Source: Myxococcota bacterium
GTDB lineage: Bacteria > Myxococcota_A > UBA9160 > UBA6930
Direction: 5' to 3'
NCBI GenBank assembly: GCA_965223415.1
Contig: OZ245002.1
Coordinates: 3,616,001 to 3,680,000, forward strand
Length of the DNA: 64,000 nucleotides
Below are positions 56,385-64,000 of this stretch, piece after piece. Position 1 is the first letter of the stretch; the number at the start of each line of letters is the position of its first letter. A program made the translations under genes and the position numbers. The notes beneath the pieces are model-generated. The model was not told the origin of the DNA, ran no database searches, and saw only the letters and a program-made list of their open reading frames with translations.

Positions 56385-56851
56385 CTCGCGCTCTGGCCGG
56401 CGGTCTCCTCCACCTCCACGACCAGCCGATCGACAGCGCCTCCGGCCAGGGAAGGCGCCAGCTCGTTCCACAGATGCATCGCCAGGAGCTCCATGGTCAC
56501 GTTGGGCAGGGGGAGGAGGCGGGTGTCCGCCGCGGGAAGGCGGTAGCGCCGAGCGCCGAAGCGCACCTCGACCTCGTCGCCGTCCCGGCTCACCTCGAGC
56601 CGGGGGCTCTTCTCCGGGATCAGGGTGCGCTCGTCGAGAGAGGCGCACAGGGCCCGCAGGGCGGCCTTCACCTCCGCCACCGGCACGAGCAGGCCGTCCG
56701 GGCCGGGCTCCCTGCCCTCGAGCTCGGCCCGCACCCGGTAGTTGTGGCCGTGGAGGCGCTCGGCCTCGTCGTTCGGGAACAGGGTGAAGTGGGCGGCCGA
56801 GAACTTGAAGTCCTGCTTGGCCAGCTTCACGACGAGGCGGGGTGAGCTCAC
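56357..56851 (-). CDS. queD: 6-carboxytetrahydropterin synthase / PTPS family
   Basis: FSAAHF, RLHGHNY, TMELLA, VEET. Confidence 0.8.
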   Translation of the reverse strand: MSSPRLVVKLAKQDFKFSAAHFTLFPNDEAERLHGHNYRVRAELEGREPGPDGLLVPVAEVKAALRALCASLDERTLIPEKSPRLEVSRDGDEVEVRFGARRYRLPAADTRLLPLPNVTMELLAMHLWNELAPSLAGGAVDRLVVEVEETAGQSASYAGAIGAG

Positions 56852-56912
56852 CGGGCGAGCTTGGCGCGAGCGGCCGGCCCACGCCAGTCCCCGTCGGTTA
56901 CCCTGCCGGTGC

Positions 56913-57569
56913 ATGTCGCACCGAGGCACGATCGCCCTGCTCTTGGTGGCCTCGCTCCTGGCGGTTCCCGCCTGTGAACGGGGCGACGTCGCCGGGGCCG
57001 CGGAGCCGCCCGCGAGCCGCCGCGTCGCCTGGCGGGGCCGGCCGCTCTCCGCGCCCCTCCCGCGTCCGGACTTCGAGCTTCGCGACACCGACGGAGCGCC
57101 CTACGCCTTCGCCGAGAAGACCGCCGGTCGCCTTACGCTCCTCTTCTTCGGCTACACGAGCTGCCCGGACGTGTGCCCGAACCACATGGGCCAGCTCGCC
57201 GCCGCGAAGCGCGCCCTCGCCGAGGAGGACCCGGCCCTGGCGGCGGCGGTCCAGGTGGTGTTCGTCGGCGTCGACCCGGCCCGCGATACGCCGGAGCAGG
57301 TCGCGCGCTGGCTCGCCCACTTCGACCCGTCCTTCGTCGGCCTGATCGGCGACGAGGAATCGCTGCGCAAGGCCCAGCTCGCCGCGGCGGTGCCCGCCGC
57401 CGAGCGCGACGCGGGGGAGGGCCTCGACTACACGGTCAGCCACGCGTCCTTCGTGCTCGCCTACACGCCCGACGACCAGGCGCACCTCCGCTACGGGATC
57501 AGCACACGCAGCGAGGACTGGCTGCACGATCTCCGCGTGCTGGCCCGCGAGGGTTGGCCGGCCTCCTGA
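56913..57569 (+). CDS. SCO1/SenC copper chaperone lipoprotein
   Basis: Lipobox VPAC; FFGYTSCPDVC; VDPARD; YTVSH. Confidence 0.92.
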   Translation: MSHRGTIALLLVASLLAVPACERGDVAGAAEPPASRRVAWRGRPLSAPLPRPDFELRDTDGAPYAFAEKTAGRLTLLFFGYTSCPDVCPNHMGQLAAAKRALAEEDPALAAAVQVVFVGVDPARDTPEQVARWLAHFDPSFVGLIGDEESLRKAQLAAAVPAAERDAGEGLDYTVSHASFVLAYTPDDQAHLRYGISTRSEDWLHDLRVLAREGWPAS

Positions 57570-57596
57570 GGCGGCCCCGGCGCAGGGTGCGCGGCG

Positions 57597-57672
57597 TGGC
57601 TCCCCGGGCAGGACTCGAACCTGCGACCCAGCGGTTAACAGCCGCTTGCTCTACCAACTGAGCTACCGGGGA
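57597..57672 (-). tRNA. tRNA-Asn (GTT)
   Basis: TCCCCGGTAGCTCAGTTGGTAGAGCAAGCGGCT-GTT-AACCGCTGGGTCGCAGGTTCGAGTCCTGCCCGGGGAGCCA; 76 nt with encoded CCA. Confidence 0.98.
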
Positions 57673-57716
57673 AGAGCGCGGAATTCTAGGCCCGCGGGCC
57701 CGAAACGCAACGTGGC

Positions 57717-59048
57717 TCAAGGGCCCGAGGAGTCCGCCTCGGGCACCTCGACGGCCACTTCCCGGGACGAGGGAGCCTCGCTGCCGTCCTCCCGAATGCC
57801 CACCACCCGGAAGCGGTAGCTGCGGCCGGGCTGAACCTCCGACACCGCGAAGCCGGGCTCCTTGGTCCGGCCCAGCTCACGGGTTCCGAAAGTGCCGATC
57901 TGGAGCACGCGGGCTTCGGCGAAGCCCGCCTGCACCTCCGGGCTCCAGGCGAGCTCGACGGCGCCGTCGCGCACCCGGGCGGTCGCTTCGTAGCCGACGC
58001 TCTCCACCTCGATCTCCGCCGAGGCGCCGCTCTCCAGTCCGTCGCGATCCACGGCGACCAGGCGATAGGCCACCGGCTCACCGGCGCCTACCTGGTCGTC
58101 GCGGGCCTGGTTCGCATCCGCCGGGATCATGGCGACCTCCTCCGGCTCCCCCTCTGCGCGGCGGCGCAGCAGGCGGTAGGCGCGGAGGTCCGGCTCGACG
58201 TTGGCGGTCCAGCTGAGCTGGTTCGAGCCGAGGGCCTGGCCGGTGACGGCCAACCCGATCGGAGGCAACGGCTCGGGCTTGGTCACCGCCCGTCGCGCGC
58301 GGGTCGGCTCGCCCTGTCCGCCGGCCGCGTTCACGGCGGCGATCCGGTAGTAGAAGACGCGCAGGTCGCCGAGACCCTCGTCGAGGTAGGTGGTCGCGAA
58401 GCGTCCGGTCAGGCGGGCGAGGGGCAGGAACTCGCCGCGGGCCGTCGGGCTGCGCAGCACCACGTAGCCGGCCGCCCGGGGATCCTCTGACGGCGTCCAG
58501 CGAAGCGCCACCTCCCGCGGCAGCTGGCTGAAGGCCTGGAACCGCTCCGGCGGCGAAGGCGCCTCGGCGGTGCGCGCCGCCACCGCCTCCTCGCCCGCCG
58601 CGGCCAGGTGCCCATCCACGTCGAAGGCCCGCACCCGATAGTAGTAGGTGTGACCGTCGCCCAGGTCGGCGCTGCCCTCCTGCTTGGGAGAGTGGTCGGT
58701 TCCGCGATCGACCCAGGTGGTGCGGTAGCGGCCGGGTACCGAGCCCACACGCTCGAAGCTTCCCTCCTCGACGAGAGCCCTCTCGATGGCGTAGCCGCCC
58801 ACGTCGCCGCTGAGCACCGGATCCCAGCGCAGCGGCACGGCGCGCAGCTCCTCGCCGACGGCGACCAGGCCTTCCACCCGCGGAAGCTCCGCCGCCGGTT
58901 TCTCCACCAGGACCGGCACCTCCGGCACCGCCCCGTTGGTTCGGACCAGGCCCCGCGCGCGCTCGAGATCGAGGAGAGTCTGGCAGCCGGCCGTGCCCGC
59001 CCCGACGACGAGCAGGGCCGCGATCCAAAGCAGACGGCCGGCGGTCAT
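57717..59048 (-). CDS. Fibronectin type III repeat lipoprotein
   Basis: Lipobox TAGC; repeated LxW...Y...YYYRV/IxAxD/NxxG FN3 units (about 4). Confidence 0.85.
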   Translation of the reverse strand: MTAGRLLWIAALLVVGAGTAGCQTLLDLERARGLVRTNGAVPEVPVLVEKPAAELPRVEGLVAVGEELRAVPLRWDPVLSGDVGGYAIERALVEEGSFERVGSVPGRYRTTWVDRGTDHSPKQEGSADLGDGHTYYYRVRAFDVDGHLAAAGEEAVAARTAEAPSPPERFQAFSQLPREVALRWTPSEDPRAAGYVVLRSPTARGEFLPLARLTGRFATTYLDEGLGDLRVFYYRIAAVNAAGGQGEPTRARRAVTKPEPLPPIGLAVTGQALGSNQLSWTANVEPDLRAYRLLRRRAEGEPEEVAMIPADANQARDDQVGAGEPVAYRLVAVDRDGLESGASAEIEVESVGYEATARVRDGAVELAWSPEVQAGFAEARVLQIGTFGTRELGRTKEPGFAVSEVQPGRSYRFRVVGIREDGSEAPSSREVAVEVPEADSSGP

Positions 59049-60136
59049 CGCGAGCTGCTACCGCCGCCCGGCTCACCGCGCAGGCGCTCGAGGTTCTCGA
59101 GCAGGCGCTCGGCCCGGGCCGTGTAGTCGCGGGCCTGCTCGTTCTCCGGATCGATCAGCAAGACCTTGCGCCACTGGTCGAGGGCGGCCTGGAGGTCTTC
59201 CTGCTGGTAGTGCTCGCGGCCGGCGCGGAGCAGGTCCGGCAGGCGCGGCTCCAGGCGACGCCGCGTGCGCGCCAGGTGGTTCCTCACGCGGGGGTGGGTC
59301 GGATGGGCGCGCAGGGCGGCCAGGTCGTAGCGGATCGCTGCGTAGAGGTCCGAGGCCTTCTCGGCCGCGAGGGCGTTCTGGAAGAAGCCCTCGGCCCGGA
59401 TCTCCGCGTCCGAGGCATCGATCTCCCTCGGGTCGATGCCGGCGGAGAGGGCCTGCTCCGTGTCCTCCCCGACACTGCGGATCTTGTCGATGTACGAGAG
59501 GTAGCCCTGGGCGCTCTCGTTGTCCTCGTCCAGGGTCAGCACTTCGCGGAAGGCCCGGCTGGCCCGGCGCAGGTTGCCAGAGGTGAAGCCCCGGCGCCCC
59601 CGGGCCAGGAGCTTGCGGATCCGCCCGTCGAGGGCGGCCTCGAGCTCACGTTCGTCCGCCGCGGCCCGGGCGGAGAAGGGATCCAGGGCCCGGGTCTGCT
59701 CGAGGGCGTCGCGGGCGCCGGCCAGGTCGCCGGCCTCGAAGCGCTCCCGGAAGCGCGCCCGCGCCTCGGCGCGCTTCGCCTCCAGCTCGCGGACCAGCTC
59801 CTGCACGTGGGCCAGGGTCTCTTCGTCGTCCGGCTGCAGCTTGAGGGCCAGCCGGTAGTTCAGCACCGATTCGCCCAGCCGATCGCGATCCTGGTAGTAG
59901 GCGCCGCGCTTGCGGTAGCGCACCACCAGCTGCTGGAACTCCTCCTCCACCTCGCCGATGCGACGCTGGGCGGCCTCGTAGGAGAAGGAGTCGCCGCGGA
60001 TCCCGCGCCAGATCTCCAAGGCGGCCAGCCGATCGCCCTCCCGGTAGCGCCGCTCGCCGAGCTCGAGTGGCGTGGTGCAGCCCGCGACGGTGAGCGCGAG
60101 GGCGAGGACGAGGCATTGGCAGCGAGGCCCGATCAA
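59045..60136 (-). CDS. TPR-repeat lipoprotein
   Basis: Lipobox VAGC; repeated ALKLQP, VLTLDE, VLLIDPENEQA TPR ends; ATGA overlap with the FN3 gene. Confidence 0.8.
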   Translation of the reverse strand: MIGPRCQCLVLALALTVAGCTTPLELGERRYREGDRLAALEIWRGIRGDSFSYEAAQRRIGEVEEEFQQLVVRYRKRGAYYQDRDRLGESVLNYRLALKLQPDDEETLAHVQELVRELEAKRAEARARFRERFEAGDLAGARDALEQTRALDPFSARAAADERELEAALDGRIRKLLARGRRGFTSGNLRRASRAFREVLTLDEDNESAQGYLSYIDKIRSVGEDTEQALSAGIDPREIDASDAEIRAEGFFQNALAAEKASDLYAAIRYDLAALRAHPTHPRVRNHLARTRRRLEPRLPDLLRAGREHYQQEDLQAALDQWRKVLLIDPENEQARDYTARAERLLENLERLRGEPGGGSSSR

Positions 60137-60179
60137 GCTCTCCCCCGAGACCGTTCGCCGCAGCTTCCCGCAGGGCTTG

Positions 60180-61526
60180 CTAGGCGCCGGCCTGGACGTC
60201 GACCGAGTATACGTGAACCGGCTCCACCCGCCCCGAGAGCTGCCGCTCGCCTTCGAATCGCAGGCGGACGACGTCCCGGACCCGGCGCTGGACGGCCTCG
60301 GACACCAGGATCTCGCCGGGTTGGGAGAGCTTCTCCAGACGGTGGGCGACGTTCACCGCGTCGCCGATGGCAGTGAAGTCCGATCGCCGGTCGGAGCCGA
60401 TCGTGCCCACCACGACCGGCCCGGTGTGGATCCCGACGCCCACCTCGACGCCGTGGGCCGGCGGGGGCTCGGCGGCGTTGCGCCTCGCCACGGCCCGCTG
60501 GATGTCGATGGCCGCCTGCACGGCCTGGGAGGCGTGGTCCTCGCAGGGGACCGGCGCACCGAAGTAGGCCATCACCGAGTCGCCGATGAACTTGTCGATC
60601 GTGCCGCTGCGGGCCAGGATGCAATCCGAGGCCAGCTGGAACACGTCGTTCAGCAGGCCCACCACGTCGCTGGCCTTGAGCCCCTCGGACAGCCGGGTGA
60701 AGCTGCGGATGTCGGCGAACAGGATCGTCACCTCGCGCTCGGCTCCGGCCAGCTGCGCCCCCTCCGGGCCCTCGAGGAGCGTGGTGAGCACGTAGTCGTT
60801 GACGTAGCGACCGAAGGCGCTCTGGATCCGCTCCTTCTGTTGGAGGGACTCGCCCATCTTGTTGAACGCCTGGGTCAGCTCGCCCACCTCGTCGTGGGAG
60901 GTGGGCGGGACCCGGGTGGCCAGGTCGCCGTCCGTGAGCTGCTCGACGCCGGCCCGGAGGCGCCGGATCGGACCCACCAGCAGCGCCACGAAGCCGATCC
61001 CGGCGACGACGCCCAGGACCAGGATCCCCGCCGCCACCGCCGAGAGCTGGTTCTGGCTGTCCGTGACCACGGGCGTGACCAGGCGGTCCAGGTCGAGGGC
61101 GATCTGGGCCTCGCCGATGCGGACGTCGCTGTACATCACCGGGGCGGCGATCCACAGCACGTCCTGGATGCGCCGCACTGCGGGGGCGTCGTCCTCGGCT
61201 CCGGTCTGGGGCTCGAGCACGAGGCCGGTCTCGTCCCGCGAGAGGGAGGCCACCACACTGCCGGCCTGGTTCAGCAGGCGCGACGCCACCAGGCCCTCCT
61301 CGGCACCGGCGTGGCCCACGAGGTTCTCGAGGGCGAGCTGGTCCTCGGCGAGGAGCGGTACCTTGGCGTCCTCCGCCAGGTTGGAGGCGAGAGCCAGGCC
61401 GCGCTTGCTCACCTCGGCCTCCAGGGCCGAGCGCTCGTGGCGGGTGGCCAGCCAGGTCAGGGCCAGGCTGGCGAGCACCAGCAGCGCCACCACGAGGGCG
61501 CTGAACTTGAACTGAAGGGAACGAAC
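60180..61526 (-). CDS. Membrane class III adenylate cyclase (2 TM, periplasmic sensor, HAMP, CHD); start codon uncertain
   Basis: FADIRSFT, DKFIGD, DFTAIGDAVNVAHRLE; HAMP DEVGELTQAFNKM; frame open to GTT 61526, 8 nt after GGAGGAGG. Confidence 0.9.
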   Translation of the reverse strand, partial: VRSLQFKFSALVVALLVLASLALTWLATRHERSALEAEVSKRGLALASNLAEDAKVPLLAEDQLALENLVGHAGAEEGLVASRLLNQAGSVVASLSRDETGLVLEPQTGAEDDAPAVRRIQDVLWIAAPVMYSDVRIGEAQIALDLDRLVTPVVTDSQNQLSAVAAGILVLGVVAGIGFVALLVGPIRRLRAGVEQLTDGDLATRVPPTSHDEVGELTQAFNKMGESLQQKERIQSAFGRYVNDYVLTTLLEGPEGAQLAGAEREVTILFADIRSFTRLSEGLKASDVVGLLNDVFQLASDCILARSGTIDKFIGDSVMAYFGAPVPCEDHASQAVQAAIDIQRAVARRNAAEPPPAHGVEVGVGIHTGPVVVGTIGSDRRSDFTAIGDAVNVAHRLEKLSQPGEILVSEAVQRRVRDVVRLRFEGERQLSGRVEPVHVYSVDVQAGA

Positions 61527-61583
61527 GGCGGGCCCCTCCTCCGGTCAGGCCTTCGGCTCACGCCCCTCGGCGAGGCGCTCCAT

Positions 61584-62066
61584 TCATGCGGGATCGAAGC
61601 GGATCTCGAGGATCTCCAGCTCCCGGGTGCCCTTGGGGACGCGGACCTGGACGCTGGCGTCCTGCTCCTTGCCCATCAGGGCCCGGGCGATGGGCGACGT
61701 GACCGAGAGCATGCCCTGGCCCACGTCGGCTTCGTCCTCACCGACGATGCGGTAGGTCACCTCGTCGCCGGAATCCGCGTCGGAGAGCACCACCGTGGCT
61801 CCGAAGCTCACCCGCTCGGTGCCCTGGCCGGTGCCGTCGATCACCTGGGCCCGGGCCAGCTTGTCCTCGAGCTGGGCGATTCGGCCCTCAATGTGGCCCT
61901 GGCGCTCCTTGGCGGCGTGATACTCCGCATTCTCGGAGAGATCGCCGTGGGCGCGGGCTTCCTCGATCTCACGCACGATCTTGGGGCGCTCCTCGCTCTT
62001 GAGCTGCTTCAGCTCGGTCTCGAGGAGGGCATGGCCCCTGGGCGTCATGGGGACGCGGTCGCTCAT
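61584..62066 (-). CDS. greA: Transcription elongation factor GreA
   Basis: ARAHGDLSENAEYHAAK, SPIARAL, VPKG. Confidence 0.97.
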   Translation of the reverse strand: MSDRVPMTPRGHALLETELKQLKSEERPKIVREIEEARAHGDLSENAEYHAAKERQGHIEGRIAQLEDKLARAQVIDGTGQGTERVSFGATVVLSDADSGDEVTYRIVGEDEADVGQGMLSVTSPIARALMGKEQDASVQVRVPKGTRELEILEIRFDPA

Positions 62067-62188
62067 GAGTCGGTCCACCCCACGGGAAGGGCAGGCACCA
62101 GCCGTGGGCCGGGCGCCAAAGGGAAGGGCGCCCCCTCGCCCTCCAGGGCCGAGGTGGCGCCGCTTCCCGGGAAGGCTAACCCTCGCCC

Positions 62189-62758
62189 ATGGCCGCTGCC
62201 ACGAAGCCGACCCCCCCGGGGCTGCCGCTCGTCCCGTCCCTCCTCTTCTACGGAGCGCTGGGGGGCATCGCCTGGATCTGGCGCTGGGCGGTCGACGGAG
62301 TGGGGCCTTGGGCCCCCGGCAGCCCCTCTTCTGGAGCTGGGATCGGGCTCTTCGCCGGTCTCCTGATCGGTCTCGGGGTGGGGCTGCTGCTGGTCGTGCT
62401 CTCGCGGTGGTGGACGCGCCGCACGGCCGCCGGCGCCACCCTGGCCGAGGCCCTGGCCGCGCTGGTACGCGGCCTCCCGCTCGGGGCCGTCGCCCTGCTC
62501 GCCCTGGCGAGCGGCGTCGGCGAGGAGATGCTCTTCCGCGGAGCGCTCCAGCCCCAGGTGGGCGTCGTCGCCGCCACCCTGCTGTTCGGCGCTGCCCACT
62601 ACCTGCCCCGCCCGGGCCTGCGCATCTGGGCCGTCTTCGCCCTCCTTGCCGGCGCGCTTTTCGGCCTCCTGTTCGAGTGGACCGGCAGCCTCGCCGCCCC
62701 CGCCGCCGCCCACGTCACCGTGAACGCCCTCAACCTCCATCACCTCGCCCGCGCCTGA
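62189..62758 (+). CDS. CPBP (CAAX/Abi) intramembrane metalloprotease
   Basis: GEEMLFRG, FGAAH, AHVTVN. Confidence 0.88.
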   Translation: MAAATKPTPPGLPLVPSLLFYGALGGIAWIWRWAVDGVGPWAPGSPSSGAGIGLFAGLLIGLGVGLLLVVLSRWWTRRTAAGATLAEALAALVRGLPLGAVALLALASGVGEEMLFRGALQPQVGVVAATLLFGAAHYLPRPGLRIWAVFALLAGALFGLLFEWTGSLAAPAAAHVTVNALNLHHLARA

Positions 62759-62788
62759 GCGCAGCCGGCGGGGACGCACCGGTTGCGT

Positions 62789-63172
62789 CTAGCGGCGGGC
62801 GATGGCGTCGATCTCGATGAGGGCGCCCAACGGGAGGGCGGCGACGCCGATCGTGCTGCGGGCGGGCTTGGGGCCGTCGCCGAACTGGCGGGCGTAGATC
62901 TCGTTGACGGTGGGGAAGAGGGAGAGATCGGTGAGGTAGATGCCGGCGCGCAGCACCTGGTCCATGGAGGCGCCGGCCGCCTCGAGCACGGCGCGCAGGT
63001 TGGCGAAGGCCTGCTCCGCCTGGGCCTCGATGCCGCCGGGGACGAGCTCGCCGGTGGCGGGATCGAGGGGCACCTGGCCCGAGGCGTAGACCACGTCGCC
63101 GTCGATGACGGCCTGGGAGTAGGGACCGACCGGAGCCGGCGCCGCGTCCGTGCGCACCTCGCGCTTGCCCAC
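62789..63172 (-). CDS. ridA: RidA/YjgF enamine deaminase
   Basis: APAPVGPYSQA, SGQVP, NEIY, PARST, IEIDAIA. Confidence 0.92.
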   Translation of the reverse strand: MGKREVRTDAAPAPVGPYSQAVIDGDVVYASGQVPLDPATGELVPGGIEAQAEQAFANLRAVLEAAGASMDQVLRAGIYLTDLSLFPTVNEIYARQFGDGPKPARSTIGVAALPLGALIEIDAIARR

Positions 63173-63198
63173 CTCGCGCGTTCCCAACGGCGCGCTCG

Positions 63199-63459
63199 CT
63201 AGGAGGGCGAGCCTTCGCCCGGGTCGTCGAGCAGCCGGTCTTCCAGCACCCGCAGCAGGTAGCCGACCAACATCAGGTTCGGCAGCCGCCCCCGCGTCAC
63301 GTCCGCCAGCTCCTCCGACTGCGCGAAGCTCTCGCAGTAGCTCGTGAAGAACTCCAGCGTCTCGAGCGGGACGTTCTTGGCGAGCATTTCGTTGATCTGC
63401 TCGGTGGGCAGCTCGCCGAAGACCTCGGCGAATTCCCAAGCGAGCTCGGCATGGTTCAT
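63199..63459 (-). CDS. Small acidic hypothetical protein (86 aa)
   Basis: GGAG SD, ATG 63459; MNHAELAWEFAEVF...NLMLVGYLLRVLEDRL; typical codon bias. Confidence 0.7.
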   Translation of the reverse strand: MNHAELAWEFAEVFGELPTEQINEMLAKNVPLETLEFFTSYCESFAQSEELADVTRGRLPNLMLVGYLLRVLEDRLLDDPGEGSPS

Positions 63460-63619
63460 GGGGGGCTCCCGCCCGCGAGCTGCATCCGGGCGCGCTCGGG
63501 CACGGCCGATCCTGCCACCGGGGGTATTCCTTGTCAACGCACGGGGCCGATTCGGCGGCGTTTCCGTCACCTCGCGCGACCGATCCACCGTCGGTGGGAA
63601 CGCGCCGAGCCCAATGGAA

Positions 63620-64000
63620 TCAGAGGCGAAGCTCCGGAACTTGCCGGTCCGCTGCGTCGTCGGGACGGAGCTCGATCCGAGGGCCCAGGAGTCCCTCGTG
63701 GACGAAGATCGGAGCACCGAAGCGCAGCGCCAGCGCGATCGCGTCGCTCGGCCGCGCATCCACCTCGAAACGCTCGCCCTCCCCGCCGGTCAGATGGATG
63801 CGTGCGAAATAGACGCCCTCGCTGAGATCCGTCACCACGACCCGCCGGATCTTCCCGGCCATGCGATCGACGAGTCGCTTGGTGAGATCGTGGGTGTTGG
63901 GCCTGGGCGGCGTCTCGCCGCCCAGGCGCGCGGCGATCGAACGCGCCTCGTTCACGCCGATCCAGATCGGCAGCTCGCGGCTGCCGTCCTCTTCGTGCAG
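63620..64000 (-). CDS. Bifunctional nuclease (DUF151) family, 5' end outside the window
   Basis: ELPIWIGVNEA, RPNTHDL, DARPSDAIALA. Confidence 0.92.
   Translation of the reverse strand: MHEEDGSRELPIWIGVNEARSIAARLGGETPPRPNTHDLTKRLVDRMAGKIRRVVVTDLSEGVYFARIHLTGGEGERFEVDARPSDAIALALRFGAPIFVHEGLLGPRIELRPDDAADRQVPELRL

Noticed and set aside
57569..57717. Genomic island integrated at tRNA-Asn
   Set aside because: No integrase, no duplicated tRNA 3' end seen, no compositional shift.
61545..61547. Selenocysteine readthrough at the in-frame TGA upstream of the cyclase
   Set aside because: Not a Cys-equivalent catalytic position; a strong SD right after the TGA explains initiation more simply.

Overview
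A very GC-rich, gene-dense chromosomal window from a diderm bacterium (kdsB, many lipoproteins, an outer-membrane barrel). The DUF1302/DUF1329 genes, alternative complex III and lipid-catabolism content suggest a Myxococcota/'deltaproteobacterial' lineage (inference). I saw no integrase, transposase or CRISPR array. Housekeeping and metabolic genes: hisS (partial), a nucleoside phosphorylase, topB, a two-component pair, PAC2, Trm112-like, a FadE23/24-type acyl-CoA dehydrogenase pair with thiolase, a complete actABCDEF operon, rhomboid, purU, M20 peptidase, kdsB, an orphan ParA, a heterodimeric ABC exporter, trkA, CaiB, FMN-glutamate synthase-like, C45 peptidase, queD, SCO, tRNA-Asn, greA, RidA and DUF151. 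Most unusual items: (1) a lipoprotein-anchored RHS protein with a hydrophobic tip and a coupled 2-TM partner; (2) a ~210-nt highly paired RNA candidate hiding a strong SD and a 14-codon ORF; (3) a HAMP-adenylate cyclase / TPR lipoprotein / FN3 lipoprotein operon with an odd translation-initiation region; (4) two REP/BIME-like palindromes sharing a GGGACGTTCCTT core; (5) an ActB keeping an intact N-terminal 4-Cys Fe-S motif; (6) a membrane-anchored RNase Z-fold protein lacking its metal ligands, coupled to purU; (7) a leaderless-mRNA signature in about 10 genes; (8) two decayed pseudogenes. All family calls come from motif recognition by eye; no searches were run.
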